A stretch of DNA of 64,000 bases from an uncultured Gemmatimonadales bacterium (GCA_963695555.1 CAVOGR010000005.1:128001-192000), one strand, 5' to 3'; positions 30,969 through 42,096 are shown, counted from the first letter of the stretch. Numbers and translations: made by a program. The notes: generated from the sequence alone by a model not told the origin.

Positions 30969-32333
30969 TCAGGATCCTACACCTTCGAGGGCGACCACAA
31001 TATCCATGACGTTGGTGCCGGTCGGGCCGGGCTTGAACAAGGCACCCACAGCGTCCAGGGCATGATAGGCATCGTGGCCTTCGAGATCGCGGAGCGGGTC
31101 CCTCCCGCGGCGGCGGATGGCACCCCAGGTTCCGGCATGAACGATCGCTCCCGCCGCATCGGTCGGACCATCCCGGCCGTCGGTACCGGCGGCCAGTAAC
31201 CACCAGCTTGCCCCTGACCAATCGCCCTGATCCAGGCGACGGGCCGCTGCCAGCGCGAATTCCTGGCAGCGCCCACCGAGACCTGCCGCACCGTCAGCCA
31301 CCGTGACCGTGGTCTCTCCGCCTTGAATGAGGCAGCGGGGAGCGGTCGCCGGCCCCCCAAACGCCTCGTGCTTCAGCCGATCGACGAAGCTCGTCGCGGC
31401 GGCGGCGGCACCACCTTCGATCGGCTCGGCGACCGCAATCACATCCATCGCCATCGCGCGCGCGCTCGCGGCCGCGGCCGACACCGCGTCCGCGTTGGTG
31501 GCGATGATCCGGTGGGTCACATCTGCAAATGCCGGGTCGGTGTCCTTCGGAGTTTCGGGTTCGGTGCCGGCGGTCACTGCGTCGAAGTAGCTTCGAATCG
31601 ATGCTGGAATGTCCCGCCACAACCCTGCAGTGGTCAGGACCTCGACGGCGTCCGAGGCCGTCGTCCGATCCGGCACGCACGGACCGGACCCGATCGCGGC
31701 CAGGTCATTATTGACGACATCGGAGATCACGTAGCAGCGAGTGGTGGCCCCCCTCGCGGACAGCGCTCGCGCGAGCCGTCCAGCCCCCCACTTGGCGACC
31801 CGTTTCCGCACGGCATTCATGGTGCCAATGTCGAGCCCGGCGCGAAGCACCAGGTGATAGAGGGTTTGCAGGTCCGCCGCGGTAATCCCCTTCTTCACTG
31901 GAGCCGCGACCAGGCTCGTCGTTCCGCCGGAGAGCAACACCCACACCGCATCTCCGGGTTGGACCATCCGTATCAGCCGGTCGAGCGCCTGGGCCGCCTC
32001 CTCCGATCCCGGTCCGGGCTCGGGGTGTTCGGCGCGAAGGTGCGATATCTTCGTGTGGGGGCTCGCTCCGCCCTCCGGGCTCACGATCACGCCGCCCGCG
32101 AGCTGAAGGGATCGAGCGTCGGCAAACCATGCGGCCGCCCTCGCCATTGCGGGCGCAGCCTTGCCGATCGCCGCGATCCACAGGGGTTGCGACGGAGGGG
32201 TCGGGTCTGTCTCGAGCGCCCGCGCCAGCACCCGCGCCGGCTCCACCGCCTCGATGGCCGCCTGGAACAGCAGGGTCAGCAGCGTCCCTGGCGAGCGGCC
32301 CAGGATGGTATCCGGTCTCGGCGACATGTTCAT
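30969..32333 (-). CDS. Glycerate 2-kinase (MOFRL/TtuD family)
   Basis: AIGKAAPAM, AEHPEP, LLSGGTTSL, ISDV, IGSGP, GGETTV, GGRCQE, GTDGRDG, GPTGTNVMD. Confidence 0.92.
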   Translation of the reverse strand: MNMSPRPDTILGRSPGTLLTLLFQAAIEAVEPARVLARALETDPTPPSQPLWIAAIGKAAPAMARAAAWFADARSLQLAGGVIVSPEGGASPHTKISHLRAEHPEPGPGSEEAAQALDRLIRMVQPGDAVWVLLSGGTTSLVAAPVKKGITAADLQTLYHLVLRAGLDIGTMNAVRKRVAKWGAGRLARALSARGATTRCYVISDVVNNDLAAIGSGPCVPDRTTASDAVEVLTTAGLWRDIPASIRSYFDAVTAGTEPETPKDTDPAFADVTHRIIATNADAVSAAAASARAMAMDVIAVAEPIEGGAAAAATSFVDRLKHEAFGGPATAPRCLIQGGETTVTVADGAAGLGGRCQEFALAAARRLDQGDWSGASWWLLAAGTDGRDGPTDAAGAIVHAGTWGAIRRRGRDPLRDLEGHDAYHALDAVGALFKPGPTGTNVMDIVVALEGVGS

Positions 32334-32362
32334 CGGAGAAGCCCGCTCACGTTGGAGGATGT

Positions 32363-33331
32363 ATGAAGCCGCGAGTCGCCGTCACCCGCCGCCTGCCCGA
32401 GGTCGTCGAAGCGGAGTTGGCTCGCGATTTCGACGTCCGCCTCAATCCGGGTGACACCCCCCTCACGTCCGAAGACCTGGCGGCGTTGCTCCGGGAGATG
32501 GACGGCATCCTCTGCACCGTTACCGATCGTTTCGACGCCGCCATGGTTTCGGCGGGCGGATTCCGAACCCGTATCCTGGCCAACTTCGGTGTCGGGTACG
32601 ACAACATCGCGACCGCGGCGGCCACAGCGGCGGGATTGGTCGTGACCAACACCCCCGACGTCCTGACCGAAGACACGGCCGACTTGACCCTGGCGCTCAT
32701 GCTGGCCGTGGCTCGTCGCATGGGGGAGGGCGAACGCGAGGTGCGCGCCGGCCGCTGGCGTGGCTGGGGCCCAACCAATCTGCTCGGCGCTCGCGTCCAC
32801 CAAAAGACCCTCGGTCTCGTCGGCCTGGGCCGCATCGGGCAGGCCGTGGCTCGCCGGGCAGCGCGAGGCTTCCATATGCGCATCCTCACGTATTCGCGTC
32901 GCGCACCCGACCCGGCAGTGCTCGAGGCGCTGGGTGCAACCCACGTCCCTCGACTGGACGATCTCCTGGCCCAATCGGACTTCGTCTCGCTGCACTGTCC
33001 CGCTACCCCTGAAACGCGGCATCTCATCGACGAACCGCGGCTTCTGGCGATGCGACCGAACGCCTTTCTCATCAATACGGCGCGCGGTGACATCGTGGAT
33101 GAACAGGCGCTGGTGCAGGCGCTCGCCTCGGGCCGGATCGCCGGCGCCGGACTCGACGTCTATCGAGACGAGCCCCACGTCAGCCAGGCACTCCTGGAGA
33201 TGGATCACGTGGTTCTCTTGCCGCATCTGGGCAGCGCGACGGTCGAAACCAGAATTGCCATGGGTCGCCGGGCGGCCGGCAATTTGCACGCCTTCTTCTC
33301 GGGACGTACACCACCCGATCGGGTGGCCTAG
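32363..33331 (+). CDS. D-2-hydroxyacid dehydrogenase (glyoxylate/hydroxypyruvate reductase type)
   Basis: GGAGG RBS; NFGVGYDNI, TNTPDVLT, GLGRIG, LINTARG, GLDVY, LPHLGSAT. Confidence 0.93.
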   Translation: MKPRVAVTRRLPEVVEAELARDFDVRLNPGDTPLTSEDLAALLREMDGILCTVTDRFDAAMVSAGGFRTRILANFGVGYDNIATAAATAAGLVVTNTPDVLTEDTADLTLALMLAVARRMGEGEREVRAGRWRGWGPTNLLGARVHQKTLGLVGLGRIGQAVARRAARGFHMRILTYSRRAPDPAVLEALGATHVPRLDDLLAQSDFVSLHCPATPETRHLIDEPRLLAMRPNAFLINTARGDIVDEQALVQALASGRIAGAGLDVYRDEPHVSQALLEMDHVVLLPHLGSATVETRIAMGRRAAGNLHAFFSGRTPPDRVA

Positions 33332-33337
33332 CCCGGC

Positions 33338-33751
33338 TCACGCGCTCCTTATCTCGGGTTCCGTACCGCGAACCAGGCGGTCCTCCACCTGGAGAGGAGG
33401 GGCTTCAATCGACGAGGCCCGCGTGTCGGGCTCGCCGGCTGCTGCGTCGTCCAGGATCGATCGGACCTGGATCAGATGCTCGACCAGCCGGCCGACGTCG
33501 AGCCCGAGATAGTGGGGACGATACCCAGACAAGGACGCGATGGCCTTGTCGAGCTGGGCGCCCACCCCATGGACATTCCGGCGCCTCACATGCACGAACG
33601 CACTCGCTAGCAAAATTAGGCCGTGATAGTACTCGCTGCCGGTGCGCCGCCAGGCCTGCTCGAGCAGCTCATGACTGGCCCAGTATTCGCCGCGAGCAAA
33701 GGCGAGGAGGAATTGTCGGTACTCCGCCGGCAAGTCCCGTCGCTCGGTCAT
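33338..33751 (-). CDS. DUF309-family protein
   Basis: FARGEYWASHELLEQAW...YHGLI pattern; ATG overlaps the rlmN stop. Confidence 0.75.
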   Translation of the reverse strand: MTERRDLPAEYRQFLLAFARGEYWASHELLEQAWRRTGSEYYHGLILLASAFVHVRRRNVHGVGAQLDKAIASLSGYRPHYLGLDVGRLVEHLIQVRSILDDAAAGEPDTRASSIEAPPLQVEDRLVRGTEPEIRSA

Positions 33752-34830
33752 CGATCCGGGGTCATCCCGGCGGATCGGTCGGCGCGCACACGCAGCTGGC
33801 CGCAGGCGGCATCGATGTCGAGGCCGCGACTCCGGCGGACCACGGCTTCGACGCCTTGGTTTCGAAGGCGGTCGGCGAATGCCTTGATGCGACTCGGCGC
33901 TGTGGGGCTGAGGTCCGGGTCGCCGCCAGGATGAAGCGGCAAGAGATTTACCAGCGCGCCGAGCCGACCGGCGTGGCGAGCCAACAGATCGGCGTCCTCG
34001 GTGGTGTCGTTTGCGCCGGCAATTAGCACGTACTCGAGCGTCACTCGCCGCGTGAACGCCTTTGCCGCGCGGAGCACGGCGTCGAGATTGTACTTCTGCT
34101 CGATCGGCATGAGCCGCCGCCGCCGTTCGTGTGACGACGCGTGCAGTGAGATGGCCAAGCGGAATTGTTCCGGGCGAGCCGCGAGTTGGCGCATGGCGGG
34201 AAGAATGCCGACGGTGGACACGGTGATGTGTCTGGCGCCGATGCCCAGGCCCTCGGGGGTGTTCAAGATGGTGAGCGCGCGGTCCACGGCGGGCCAATTG
34301 AGCAGCGGCTCCCCCATGCCCATGAAGACCACGTTGGTGGGCTTATCCGAGGCGTCCTTCAGCACGAGCTCCCGCACCTGGCCGACGATCTCAAATGGGG
34401 TGAGGTGCCGTCGGAAGCCCATGCGTCCGGTCGCGCAGAAGACACAGCCCAGCGCGCACCCTGCCTGAGAAGACACGCAGAGCGTCCGTCGCTTTCCCGA
34501 GGGGATGAGGACCGATTCGATCGCCTCACCGTCCCGAAGACGCCAGAGGTACTTCCGAGTTCCGTCGGCGGATGTCTGGACCGTCGCCACTTCGAGGTGG
34601 GGCAGGGGGAACACGCCGTCGAGTTCGGCCCGCAGCGCCGCCGGCAGCTCGGTGGCTTCCCGCCAGCTCCCGACCGGACGCTGCCACAACCGGGCGACGA
34701 GTTGGTCGACCCGATACCGCGGCAGCTCCCGAGCGGTCACCCATTCGGCGAGCGCGCCACGCGCCGCGCTTGGCGTTAGGTCCAGCAGAGTTTCTGGGGC
34801 GCTAGAGGTGCGCGGGCTGGGATTCGGCAT
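33748..34830 (-). CDS. rlmN: 23S rRNA/tRNA A-C2 methyltransferase (radical SAM)
   Basis: DGTRKYL, IESV, CVSSQAGCALGCVFCATG, VFMGMGEP, LAISLHA, DIDAACGQL. Confidence 0.96.
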   Translation of the reverse strand: MPNPSPRTSSAPETLLDLTPSAARGALAEWVTARELPRYRVDQLVARLWQRPVGSWREATELPAALRAELDGVFPLPHLEVATVQTSADGTRKYLWRLRDGEAIESVLIPSGKRRTLCVSSQAGCALGCVFCATGRMGFRRHLTPFEIVGQVRELVLKDASDKPTNVVFMGMGEPLLNWPAVDRALTILNTPEGLGIGARHITVSTVGILPAMRQLAARPEQFRLAISLHASSHERRRRLMPIEQKYNLDAVLRAAKAFTRRVTLEYVLIAGANDTTEDADLLARHAGRLGALVNLLPLHPGGDPDLSPTAPSRIKAFADRLRNQGVEAVVRRSRGLDIDAACGQLRVRADRSAGMTPDR

Positions 34831-35090
34831 GGAGGAATATGATATACCTGCGGAGAGGCCGCTGGATCCGACCTCGGGTGAAACGGCCTAACCCATGCTC
34901 GCTGCGTGACTTGCTCCCAATCTGAGCGGCCATTACGTTTGGCACATGAGGCCCTTCGTGCATGGGTTGCGACCTCCGCCTGCCCCTGCCTCCATTCCCG
35001 CCCCCTCGGTCCGGTCCCCGCGATTCGATTGTCAGGGGCTCGACCACTCCGACGCGTCCGCGTCCGGCCGTTGAGGACCGTCGCCACCGG

Positions 35091-36878
35091 ATGACCGGCT
35101 CCTCCCAGAATCGTTCCCATCGGTGTGGTGAACTCACCACCGGCCATGTAGGACAGCATGTCAGTCTCGGCGGGTGGGTGCATCGCCGGCGGGATCTCGG
35201 CGGCTTGGTCTTTCTCGATCTGCGTGATCGTACGGGACTGGTTCAGCTCAGCTGTGATCCAGCCTATGCCGCTCCTGACCTCATGGCGCGCGCGGCCAAT
35301 GTGGGGCTCGAGGAAGTGCTCCTCATCGAGGGCGAAGTGGTTCGCCGGCCCGAGGCCGCGCGCGACCCTGCCATGGCGACGCGCGAAGTGGAGGTCCGAA
35401 TCCGGTCGCTCGAAGTGGTCGGACCCGCGATCACCCCGCCTATCCAAGTGGCGTATAAGGAAGGGGAAGCCTTGCCGGCGGAAGAGCTCCGGCTCAAGTA
35501 CCGCGTGCTCGATTTGCGCCGCCCCGAATTGCAGCAAAATCTGATTCTCAGGCATCGATTGCTGCAACGGGCCCGCCGGAGTCTGTCCGATCAGGGCTTC
35601 TTGGAAATCGAAACGCCGATTCTGACCAAGCCAACGCCTGAGGGAGCCCGGGATTACCTGGTGCCGAGCCGGATCCATCCCGGGGAGTTCTTCGCGTTGC
35701 CGCAGTCTCCCCAGATCTACAAGCAGCTGCTGATGATGGCGGGATACGATCGCTATTTCCAAGTGGCGCGTTGCTTTCGCGATGAAGACCTGCGGGCGGA
35801 CCGCCAGCCCGAATTCACCCAAATCGATATCGAGGCATCCTTCGTCTCCGCGATCGACGTTCATGGGTTCGTCGAGCAGGTGCTGGTCGATTTGTGGGAT
35901 GAGGCCGGGCACGCAGTGACTCGTCCGTTTCCGCACCTGACCTATGCCGATGCGATGGAACGGTACGGCGTCGACAAGCCCGACCTTCGGTTCGGCTGGG
36001 CGATTAGGGATTTGACTCCTGCCGTCAATGGCGGCGGCGGCGCGGGGAGCGCGGCGCCCTTCGTCGTCTCGGCGCTCGCTGCGGGTGGGCGGCTCCGGGG
36101 TATCGTGGTCCCCGGCGGTGCGAGTTTCTCCCGTCGCGAGATCGATGCCCTCACCGAAGCGGCCCGCGGCGCCGGCGCCGGCGGGCTCATGTGGGCGCGT
36201 CGCACCGACGCGGGCTGGGAAGGGCAGGGCGTGAAGGCCGTGGGTCAGGATGGGCTGGCCCGGATCGAAGGGGCGGCGGGAGATCTCCTCCTGGCCGCTG
36301 TCGGATCGGACCAACTCACCTCCGCTGCACTCGCCGCGGTCCGCGCGGAGCTCACTGCCCGGCCCGATGCGACACCCGAACAGCAACATGCTTTTTGTTG
36401 GATCGTGGATTTTCCACTGTTCGAACTCGATCCGGAATCTGGCAAGCCGGTGCCTGCCCACCACCCGTTCACCGCGCCTCATCCCGAGGACGGAGGCCTG
36501 CTCGAGCGCGACCCCGCCCGGTGCCGGTCGACCCATTATGACGTGGTGTACAACGGGAGCGAACTCGGAAGCGGGTCCATCCGTATTACCGATATTGAGC
36601 TTCAGCGACACATATTCACAATGTTGGGTATTTCGGAAGCCGACATTGATCGGCGCTTCGGGTTCTTGCTCAATGGGCTCCGGTACGGCGCGCCGCCACA
36701 CGGCGGGTTTGCGATTGGGTTCGACCGGGTCGTCATGCTCTTGGCGGGGGCTCAGTCGCTCCGGGACGTGATCGCATTTCCGAAGACCGCGGGTGGACGG
36801 GCGCTGTTCGAGGGCGCGCCCACGCCGGTCGATCCCAACGAGATGGCCGAGCTCCACCTCGAACTCAAGCGGCGGTAA
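35091..36878 (+). CDS. aspS: Aspartate--tRNA ligase
   Basis: RSHRCGEL, GWVHRRRDLGG, TPEGARDYLVP, LPQSPQ, FRDEDLRADRQPEFTQ, APPHGG, DVIAFPK. Confidence 0.97.
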   Translation: MTGSSQNRSHRCGELTTGHVGQHVSLGGWVHRRRDLGGLVFLDLRDRTGLVQLSCDPAYAAPDLMARAANVGLEEVLLIEGEVVRRPEAARDPAMATREVEVRIRSLEVVGPAITPPIQVAYKEGEALPAEELRLKYRVLDLRRPELQQNLILRHRLLQRARRSLSDQGFLEIETPILTKPTPEGARDYLVPSRIHPGEFFALPQSPQIYKQLLMMAGYDRYFQVARCFRDEDLRADRQPEFTQIDIEASFVSAIDVHGFVEQVLVDLWDEAGHAVTRPFPHLTYADAMERYGVDKPDLRFGWAIRDLTPAVNGGGGAGSAAPFVVSALAAGGRLRGIVVPGGASFSRREIDALTEAARGAGAGGLMWARRTDAGWEGQGVKAVGQDGLARIEGAAGDLLLAAVGSDQLTSAALAAVRAELTARPDATPEQQHAFCWIVDFPLFELDPESGKPVPAHHPFTAPHPEDGGLLERDPARCRSTHYDVVYNGSELGSGSIRITDIELQRHIFTMLGISEADIDRRFGFLLNGLRYGAPPHGGFAIGFDRVVMLLAGAQSLRDVIAFPKTAGGRALFEGAPTPVDPNEMAELHLELKRR

Positions 36879-37858
36879 TGGCAAGCGATTCCGACTCGGC
36901 ACCAGAGGACTCCCAGCGGCGGATCACCGCGGAGGGAGCGGATCCTCTGCTGCTGGCAGGCATCAATGATGCCAATCTCCTCGAGCTGGAGCGCGCGCTT
37001 GGCGTGCGAGCCTCGCTCCGCGGCGACACCTTGGCTCTTGGCGGGCCACCCGACGCTTTGGAGCGGGCCGTCGCCGTGGCTCGCGAGATGGTCGATCTCG
37101 CGCGCATGGGGGTGACCATAGGGACGGATGACGTTGAGCGACTTGTGGAGCAAGGGGTTGTCACTCCCGCCGCTGGGACGGAGCCCCAGGAAGATCTCCG
37201 AATCCTGCTGCCCGGCATCAGACGGCCAATCCAGCCGAAGACCAAAGGGCAACGCGACTACCTCGAGGCGATGGTCACGCACGACCTCGTCGTGTCGATC
37301 GGCCCAGCCGGCACCGGCAAGACCTATCTGGCGGTGGCAAAGGCGGTGGAGGCGCTGGCCCGCAAGCGGGTGCGGCGCATCATCCTGGCTCGACCGGCGG
37401 TCGAAGCCGGCGAATCGCTGGGATTCCTCCCGGGCGACCTCCAGGCCAAGGTGGATCCGTACTTGCGCCCGCTCTACGACGCGCTCGAGGACATGATGCC
37501 GCACGACCGCGTCCAGCGTGCGCTGGAGAGTCGCGTGATCGAGATCGCGCCGCTGGCCTACATGCGGGGCCGGACGCTGTCGGACGCGTTCATCATTCTG
37601 GATGAAGCGCAGAACGCAACGAGCGCGCAGATGAAGATGTTCCTGACACGGTTGGGCGTGAACAGCATGACCGTGGTCACCGGTGACAAGACGCAGATCG
37701 ATTTGCCAGTCCCGGAGGAATCCGGGCTCCTGCAGATCGAGCGAATCCTCCCCGGGGTCGAGGGAATCGCCTTCTGCTACCTGAGCGATGCGGATGTAGT
37801 CCGGCATCGGCTGGTGAAGCAAATCATCCGCGCCTACGCGGAGGATCGGAAGGCCTGA
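36878..37858 (+). CDS. phoH: PhoH-family ATPase
   Basis: GPAGTGKT, RPAVEAGESLGFLPG, LAYMRGRT, LDEAQN, GDKTQIDL, VRHRLV. Confidence 0.93.
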   Translation: MASDSDSAPEDSQRRITAEGADPLLLAGINDANLLELERALGVRASLRGDTLALGGPPDALERAVAVAREMVDLARMGVTIGTDDVERLVEQGVVTPAAGTEPQEDLRILLPGIRRPIQPKTKGQRDYLEAMVTHDLVVSIGPAGTGKTYLAVAKAVEALARKRVRRIILARPAVEAGESLGFLPGDLQAKVDPYLRPLYDALEDMMPHDRVQRALESRVIEIAPLAYMRGRTLSDAFIILDEAQNATSAQMKMFLTRLGVNSMTVVTGDKTQIDLPVPEESGLLQIERILPGVEGIAFCYLSDADVVRHRLVKQIIRAYAEDRKA

Positions 37859-37904
37859 TGCCGGTAGGGCAGGTTCATGCCCGCTCGACACCCGGGCGCT
37901 CGTC

Positions 37905-38333
37905 GTGAGTCAGAACAGCGAAGTGAGCGTCAGCGGCCATCGCCGCCGGGTCCTTTCCAACGGCCGAGTGGAACGCATCGTCCGGGCCGTGCTCGGCGGC
38001 GAGCGCCGGGACGCGCGGATCTCGGTCACGTTCCTGGGCCGCGACGCCATGCGGGAACTCAATCGCCGCCATCTCGGACATCGCCGTCCGACCGATGTGC
38101 TGGCCTTTCGTCTCTCGGAACCTGATGGTACGCTCGTGGGAGACGTCTACATCTGTCCCTGGGTCGCGCAACGGGAAGCCCGTACCCGCAACATCACGGT
38201 CGAGGAGGAGTTGACGCGGTTGATCGTTCACGGAACGCTTCATGTGTTGGGACATGACCATCCGGATGGGCCTGGACGGACGTCCTCGCCCATGTGGATG
38301 CTGCAGGAACGATACGTGAGATCACTCCGGTGA
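37905..38333 (+). CDS. ybeY: rRNA maturation endoribonuclease YbeY
   Basis: MRELN, PTDVLAF, GDVYIC, HGTLHVLGHDH. Confidence 0.94.
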   Translation: MSQNSEVSVSGHRRRVLSNGRVERIVRAVLGGERRDARISVTFLGRDAMRELNRRHLGHRRPTDVLAFRLSEPDGTLVGDVYICPWVAQREARTRNITVEEELTRLIVHGTLHVLGHDHPDGPGRTSSPMWMLQERYVRSLR

Positions 38334-39532
38334 TCGGCGTCCTGCAGTATTGGATCGCACCGGCGATCGCCGTGCTCCTCACCCTCTGGGCGGCATGGGT
38401 GGCGATCGCCGCCGAGTCCGACGAAGACGTACCGCGGGTGCTCGATGGAACCTGGAGTGGTGGCGGCGCGATGCCATTGGCTCGCTCGCTCCACGTGGTC
38501 CATCTCTCACTCCTCCTCGTTGCCGGAGCCGCCGCGGGAGCCACGGTGGCATGGTGGACCTGGTCGTCGGTGGGCCAGCTGATCCGGCTTCCCATTGTGG
38601 TGCTGCTGGTGTGGGTGGTCGGCGACCTCCTGCCGCGGGCCCTCGTGGCCATCGAACCTGCCCTGACCGGCCCGGCCCGCCGCATGGCCGCAAAGACCTT
38701 GACCCCCTTCTCGCCGCTTTTCCGCTTGGTGATGTGGGCCGACGCCAATTGGCGCCCGCTGAAGCCCTCGGCCGACCAACGCCATCTCGCGGACGCCGAA
38801 CGCGACATGCTGCTGGGAGTCTTCTCGCTGGCGGGAACCACCGTGTCCGAGGTCATGACGCCGCGGATCGATATCGTGTCCGTGGATACCGCCGATTCGT
38901 TCGAAAAGGTCGTCGCAACTTTTCGGAGCGCGGAGCATTCACGCCTCGTGGTGTTCGGCGGCAATCCCGATAGCGTCTTGGGGGTGATCTACGCGAAGGA
39001 TCTACTCGCCACCTTGTCTCAAACGGAGCAAGTGCGGCAGCACTGGACCAGCCTGATCCGGCCGGCCGAGTTTGTGCCCGAGGAGAAGACGCTCGATCGC
39101 CAGCTGCACGACTTCCAACGCGGGCCCCGCCACTTGGCCGTCGTCGTGGACGAGTATGGGGGGACGGCCGGCATCGTGACGCTCGAGGACATCCTCGAAG
39201 AGGTCGTCGGGGAGATTCGGGACGAATACGATACGGAGGAAGTCGCGCCCATCCAAGAGAAGGCGGATGGCAGCCTCGCGGTCCAGGGAGGGGTGGCGCT
39301 GGCCGAGTTGGAGGCGGTGCTCGACCACCGCTTCGGCCGGGAGGACGTGAGTACCGTGGGAGGGTTGGTCTTGGCGGAGTTCGGCCGCGTGCCGCGTACC
39401 GGCGAATCGGTGACGGTGCCGGGGTACGCCCTCCACGTCGAGCAAATGACCGGTCGGCGGGTGAAATGGGTCCTGCTCATGCCGCTCGCACCATCGACCG
39501 AGCCCGGGGCTTCCCAGGAGCAGCCACGATGA
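38330..39532 (+). CDS. CNNM/CorC-like protein (TM + CBS pair + CorC domain)
   Basis: N-terminal TM helices; [50 protein letters not shown]. Confidence 0.88.
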   Translation: MIGVLQYWIAPAIAVLLTLWAAWVAIAAESDEDVPRVLDGTWSGGGAMPLARSLHVVHLSLLLVAGAAAGATVAWWTWSSVGQLIRLPIVVLLVWVVGDLLPRALVAIEPALTGPARRMAAKTLTPFSPLFRLVMWADANWRPLKPSADQRHLADAERDMLLGVFSLAGTTVSEVMTPRIDIVSVDTADSFEKVVATFRSAEHSRLVVFGGNPDSVLGVIYAKDLLATLSQTEQVRQHWTSLIRPAEFVPEEKTLDRQLHDFQRGPRHLAVVVDEYGGTAGIVTLEDILEEVVGEIRDEYDTEEVAPIQEKADGSLAVQGGVALAELEAVLDHRFGREDVSTVGGLVLAEFGRVPRTGESVTVPGYALHVEQMTGRRVKWVLLMPLAPSTEPGASQEQPR

Positions 39533-40725
39533 TCTGGGCAGTGGTGCTGGTGGGCTTGAGCCTCACGGTCTTCGGCGCGACCGCCGGCGCCGCGCTGGTA
39601 GCGATCAGTCGGGTCGAGTTGTCCAGGGCGGCGTCGCGGCAACTCCGTGGAGCCGCCGGGGCGCTCACCCGATTGGGACGACTCGACGCGCTGCTGGTGG
39701 CGGGCTCGACCACGACCGCGCTCGGGGTCGTCATTCTGGGCGCCGCATTTCCCGCGGCCTTTTCCGGCTCGCGCTGGTGGCTCACGGCGCTGCTCGGTCT
39801 GTTCATCGCGGTCCCGGTCGTTCTGTTCGGGGGCTATCTCCTTCCGCGATGGGTCACCCAACCGCGTGCCGAGTCCGTGGCTAAGAGGGTCATTCCCGTC
39901 CTCGAACTCTGGGCCGGGGTCTTGCGATTGGTCTTGCCGGTCAGGCGCGGCAGCCGGGTGAATCAGCTCCGGTCGTTGTGGCGGGAGGGAGCAGCAGTGG
40001 GGTTGGACGTCGAAACGGATCTGGAAATGGTGGGCGGCGTCGTCACCTTCACGGAGCGGCCGGTTCGCGAAGTCATGACGCCGCGGACCGACATGATCGC
40101 GGTAGAGGAAGGGTCGTCGCTGGAACAGATCAGCCGGGTATTCAACGAGAGCGGCTACACTCGGCTGCCGATCTACCGTGACACGCTCGACAACATCATC
40201 GGCATGGTGCACGCCTTCGATCTGTTCAAACTCGCTCCGGGAGAGCCGCTTCCCGTTCGGCCCGTGGCCATTGCTCCCGCGAGTCGATCCTGCGTGGACC
40301 TTCTCCTCGACATGCAACGGGAGCGCCGACACCTTGCCGTGGTGCTCGATGAGTTCGGCGGGACCTTGGGGCTCGCGACGCTTGAGGATCTGCTCGAGGA
40401 GCTCGTGGGCGAGATCTTCGATGAGCAGCATGACGAGCGTGAGGGCGCGGTGCCTGAGGCCGGTACGAGCCTGCTCGAGACCGGTGGCTCGTCGCCCTTG
40501 ACTCTTCTCGAAGAACGCTTCGGCGTGTCGGTTTCCGACGTGCGAGCCAAGACGATCGGGGGGCTTCTGACGGAACTCGCCGGGCGGATCCCTCGATCCG
40601 GTGAACGGTTCCTCATCCAGAACCTCGAATTCGACGTGATCGACGCCAGCGCCACTCAATTGCAGCGCATCCTCATCCGACCGGGCCCGGTTCGGACGCT
40701 GCCCCTTGGGAGGGAGGGCCGGTGA
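39529..40725 (+). CDS. Second CNNM/CorC-like protein
   Basis: [50 protein letters not shown]. Confidence 0.88.
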   Translation: MIWAVVLVGLSLTVFGATAGAALVAISRVELSRAASRQLRGAAGALTRLGRLDALLVAGSTTTALGVVILGAAFPAAFSGSRWWLTALLGLFIAVPVVLFGGYLLPRWVTQPRAESVAKRVIPVLELWAGVLRLVLPVRRGSRVNQLRSLWREGAAVGLDVETDLEMVGGVVTFTERPVREVMTPRTDMIAVEEGSSLEQISRVFNESGYTRLPIYRDTLDNIIGMVHAFDLFKLAPGEPLPVRPVAIAPASRSCVDLLLDMQRERRHLAVVLDEFGGTLGLATLEDLLEELVGEIFDEQHDEREGAVPEAGTSLLETGGSSPLTLLEERFGVSVSDVRAKTIGGLLTELAGRIPRSGERFLIQNLEFDVIDASATQLQRILIRPGPVRTLPLGREGR

Positions 40726-42059
40726 CTCCATCCGCCTCCACACCCAAAACGCTCATCGAACTGATCGAAGCGGGGCAGCTCGAGCGGTTCGCCGAGTTGG
40801 CGGGACACCTCGAGGCGCCCGATCTCGCCGACGTGCTCGCCCTTCTGGGTGACGAAACGCGACTCCTGGCGGTGCGCGCGTTACCGCCCGAGGTATCGGC
40901 CGCGGCGCTGGCGGAAATGCCCGAAGAGGCCCACGCCGAGGAGACCTTGGCCGCGCTCGACGCGGGTGAGGCCGCGGACATTCTCGAGGAACTCGAGGAT
41001 GACGATGCCGCGGACATCCTGGGCGAGCTCGAGCCATCGGAACAGGAGCGGATCCTCGCTGAGGTAGAGGATCCAACCGAAGTCGAACAGCTCCTACGGT
41101 ACGACGAGGAGACCGCGGGCGGTCTCATGACCACCCACGTGGTCACCGTGCAGGACACCGTAACCGCTGCCCAAGCCTTGGAAGACATCCGGCGGCAAGC
41201 GGACGAAGTCGATGACTTCTACCAGATCTTCGTGGTGGACCATCGCCGTCGCCTGGTCGGATACCTGCCGCTCAAGTCCCTGGTGGTGAGCCAGCTGGAC
41301 CGTCCGGTGCGAGCGATCATGGAGGCTCCGGATATCACCGTTACGCCGGACCTCGATCAGGAAGAGGTCGCCCGAATGATGGCGCGGTACAACCTGCCGA
41401 GCGTCCCGGTGGTGGCTGGCGACGGCCGTCTGCTCGGCCGGGTTACCTTCGATGATGTTGATGACGTGGTCGAGGCCGAGACCACCGAGGACATGCTCAA
41501 GTTCGGCGGCGTGTCGGCCGATGAGGAACTGGGAGCGGAGTGGCGGAGTGCCGTGGGCAGCCGGCTTCCATGGCTCACCGTTAACTTGCTCACGGCGTTT
41601 CTCGCCTCCGGCGTCGTGCTGCTGTTCCAAGACGTCATTCAGGCCGCCGTGGTGCTCGCCGCCATCATGCCGATCATCGCCGGTATGGGCGGCAATGCCG
41701 GAACCCAAGCCTTGGCGGTCACCGTGCGACGGCTGGCGCTCGGGACGATTCCACGCGGCCAGTCACTGCGGGTGATCGGGAAGGAAACCCTCGTTGGCGC
41801 CGTCAACGGCTTGGTGGTCGGAGTGGCGGTCGCTATCGTCACCCTCGCACTCGGCGAGGGCGGCCGGCTCGGCCTGCTGGTGTTCATCGCCATGACGGGG
41901 AACGTGTTGATCGCCGGATGCGCCGGCGCGTTCATCCCCATCCTGCTCCAGCGGGTAGGGGTCGATCCCGCGATCGCATCGTCCGTCTTCGTCACCACCA
42001 TCACCGACATTTTCGGCTTCTTGTTGCTGCTGGGCCTGGCCGGAATCGTCTTGTTTTGA
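40722..42059 (+). CDS. mgtE: Magnesium transporter MgtE
   Basis: Acidic N-domain, TAGGLMT, CBS pair, [30 protein letters not shown]. Confidence 0.95.
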   Translation: MTPSASTPKTLIELIEAGQLERFAELAGHLEAPDLADVLALLGDETRLLAVRALPPEVSAAALAEMPEEAHAEETLAALDAGEAADILEELEDDDAADILGELEPSEQERILAEVEDPTEVEQLLRYDEETAGGLMTTHVVTVQDTVTAAQALEDIRRQADEVDDFYQIFVVDHRRRLVGYLPLKSLVVSQLDRPVRAIMEAPDITVTPDLDQEEVARMMARYNLPSVPVVAGDGRLLGRVTFDDVDDVVEAETTEDMLKFGGVSADEELGAEWRSAVGSRLPWLTVNLLTAFLASGVVLLFQDVIQAAVVLAAIMPIIAGMGGNAGTQALAVTVRRLALGTIPRGQSLRVIGKETLVGAVNGLVVGVAVAIVTLALGEGGRLGLLVFIAMTGNVLIAGCAGAFIPILLQRVGVDPAIASSVFVTTITDIFGFLLLLGLAGIVLF

Positions 42060-42096
42060 GGCAACCCACACCGTGGGTCGGCGCGCGACTCCGTGC

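Noticed and set aside
35091..36878. Non-discriminating AspRS
   Set aside because: The anticodon-domain motif is RRRDLGG (Leu) rather than RDHGG, which points to the ordinary discriminating type.
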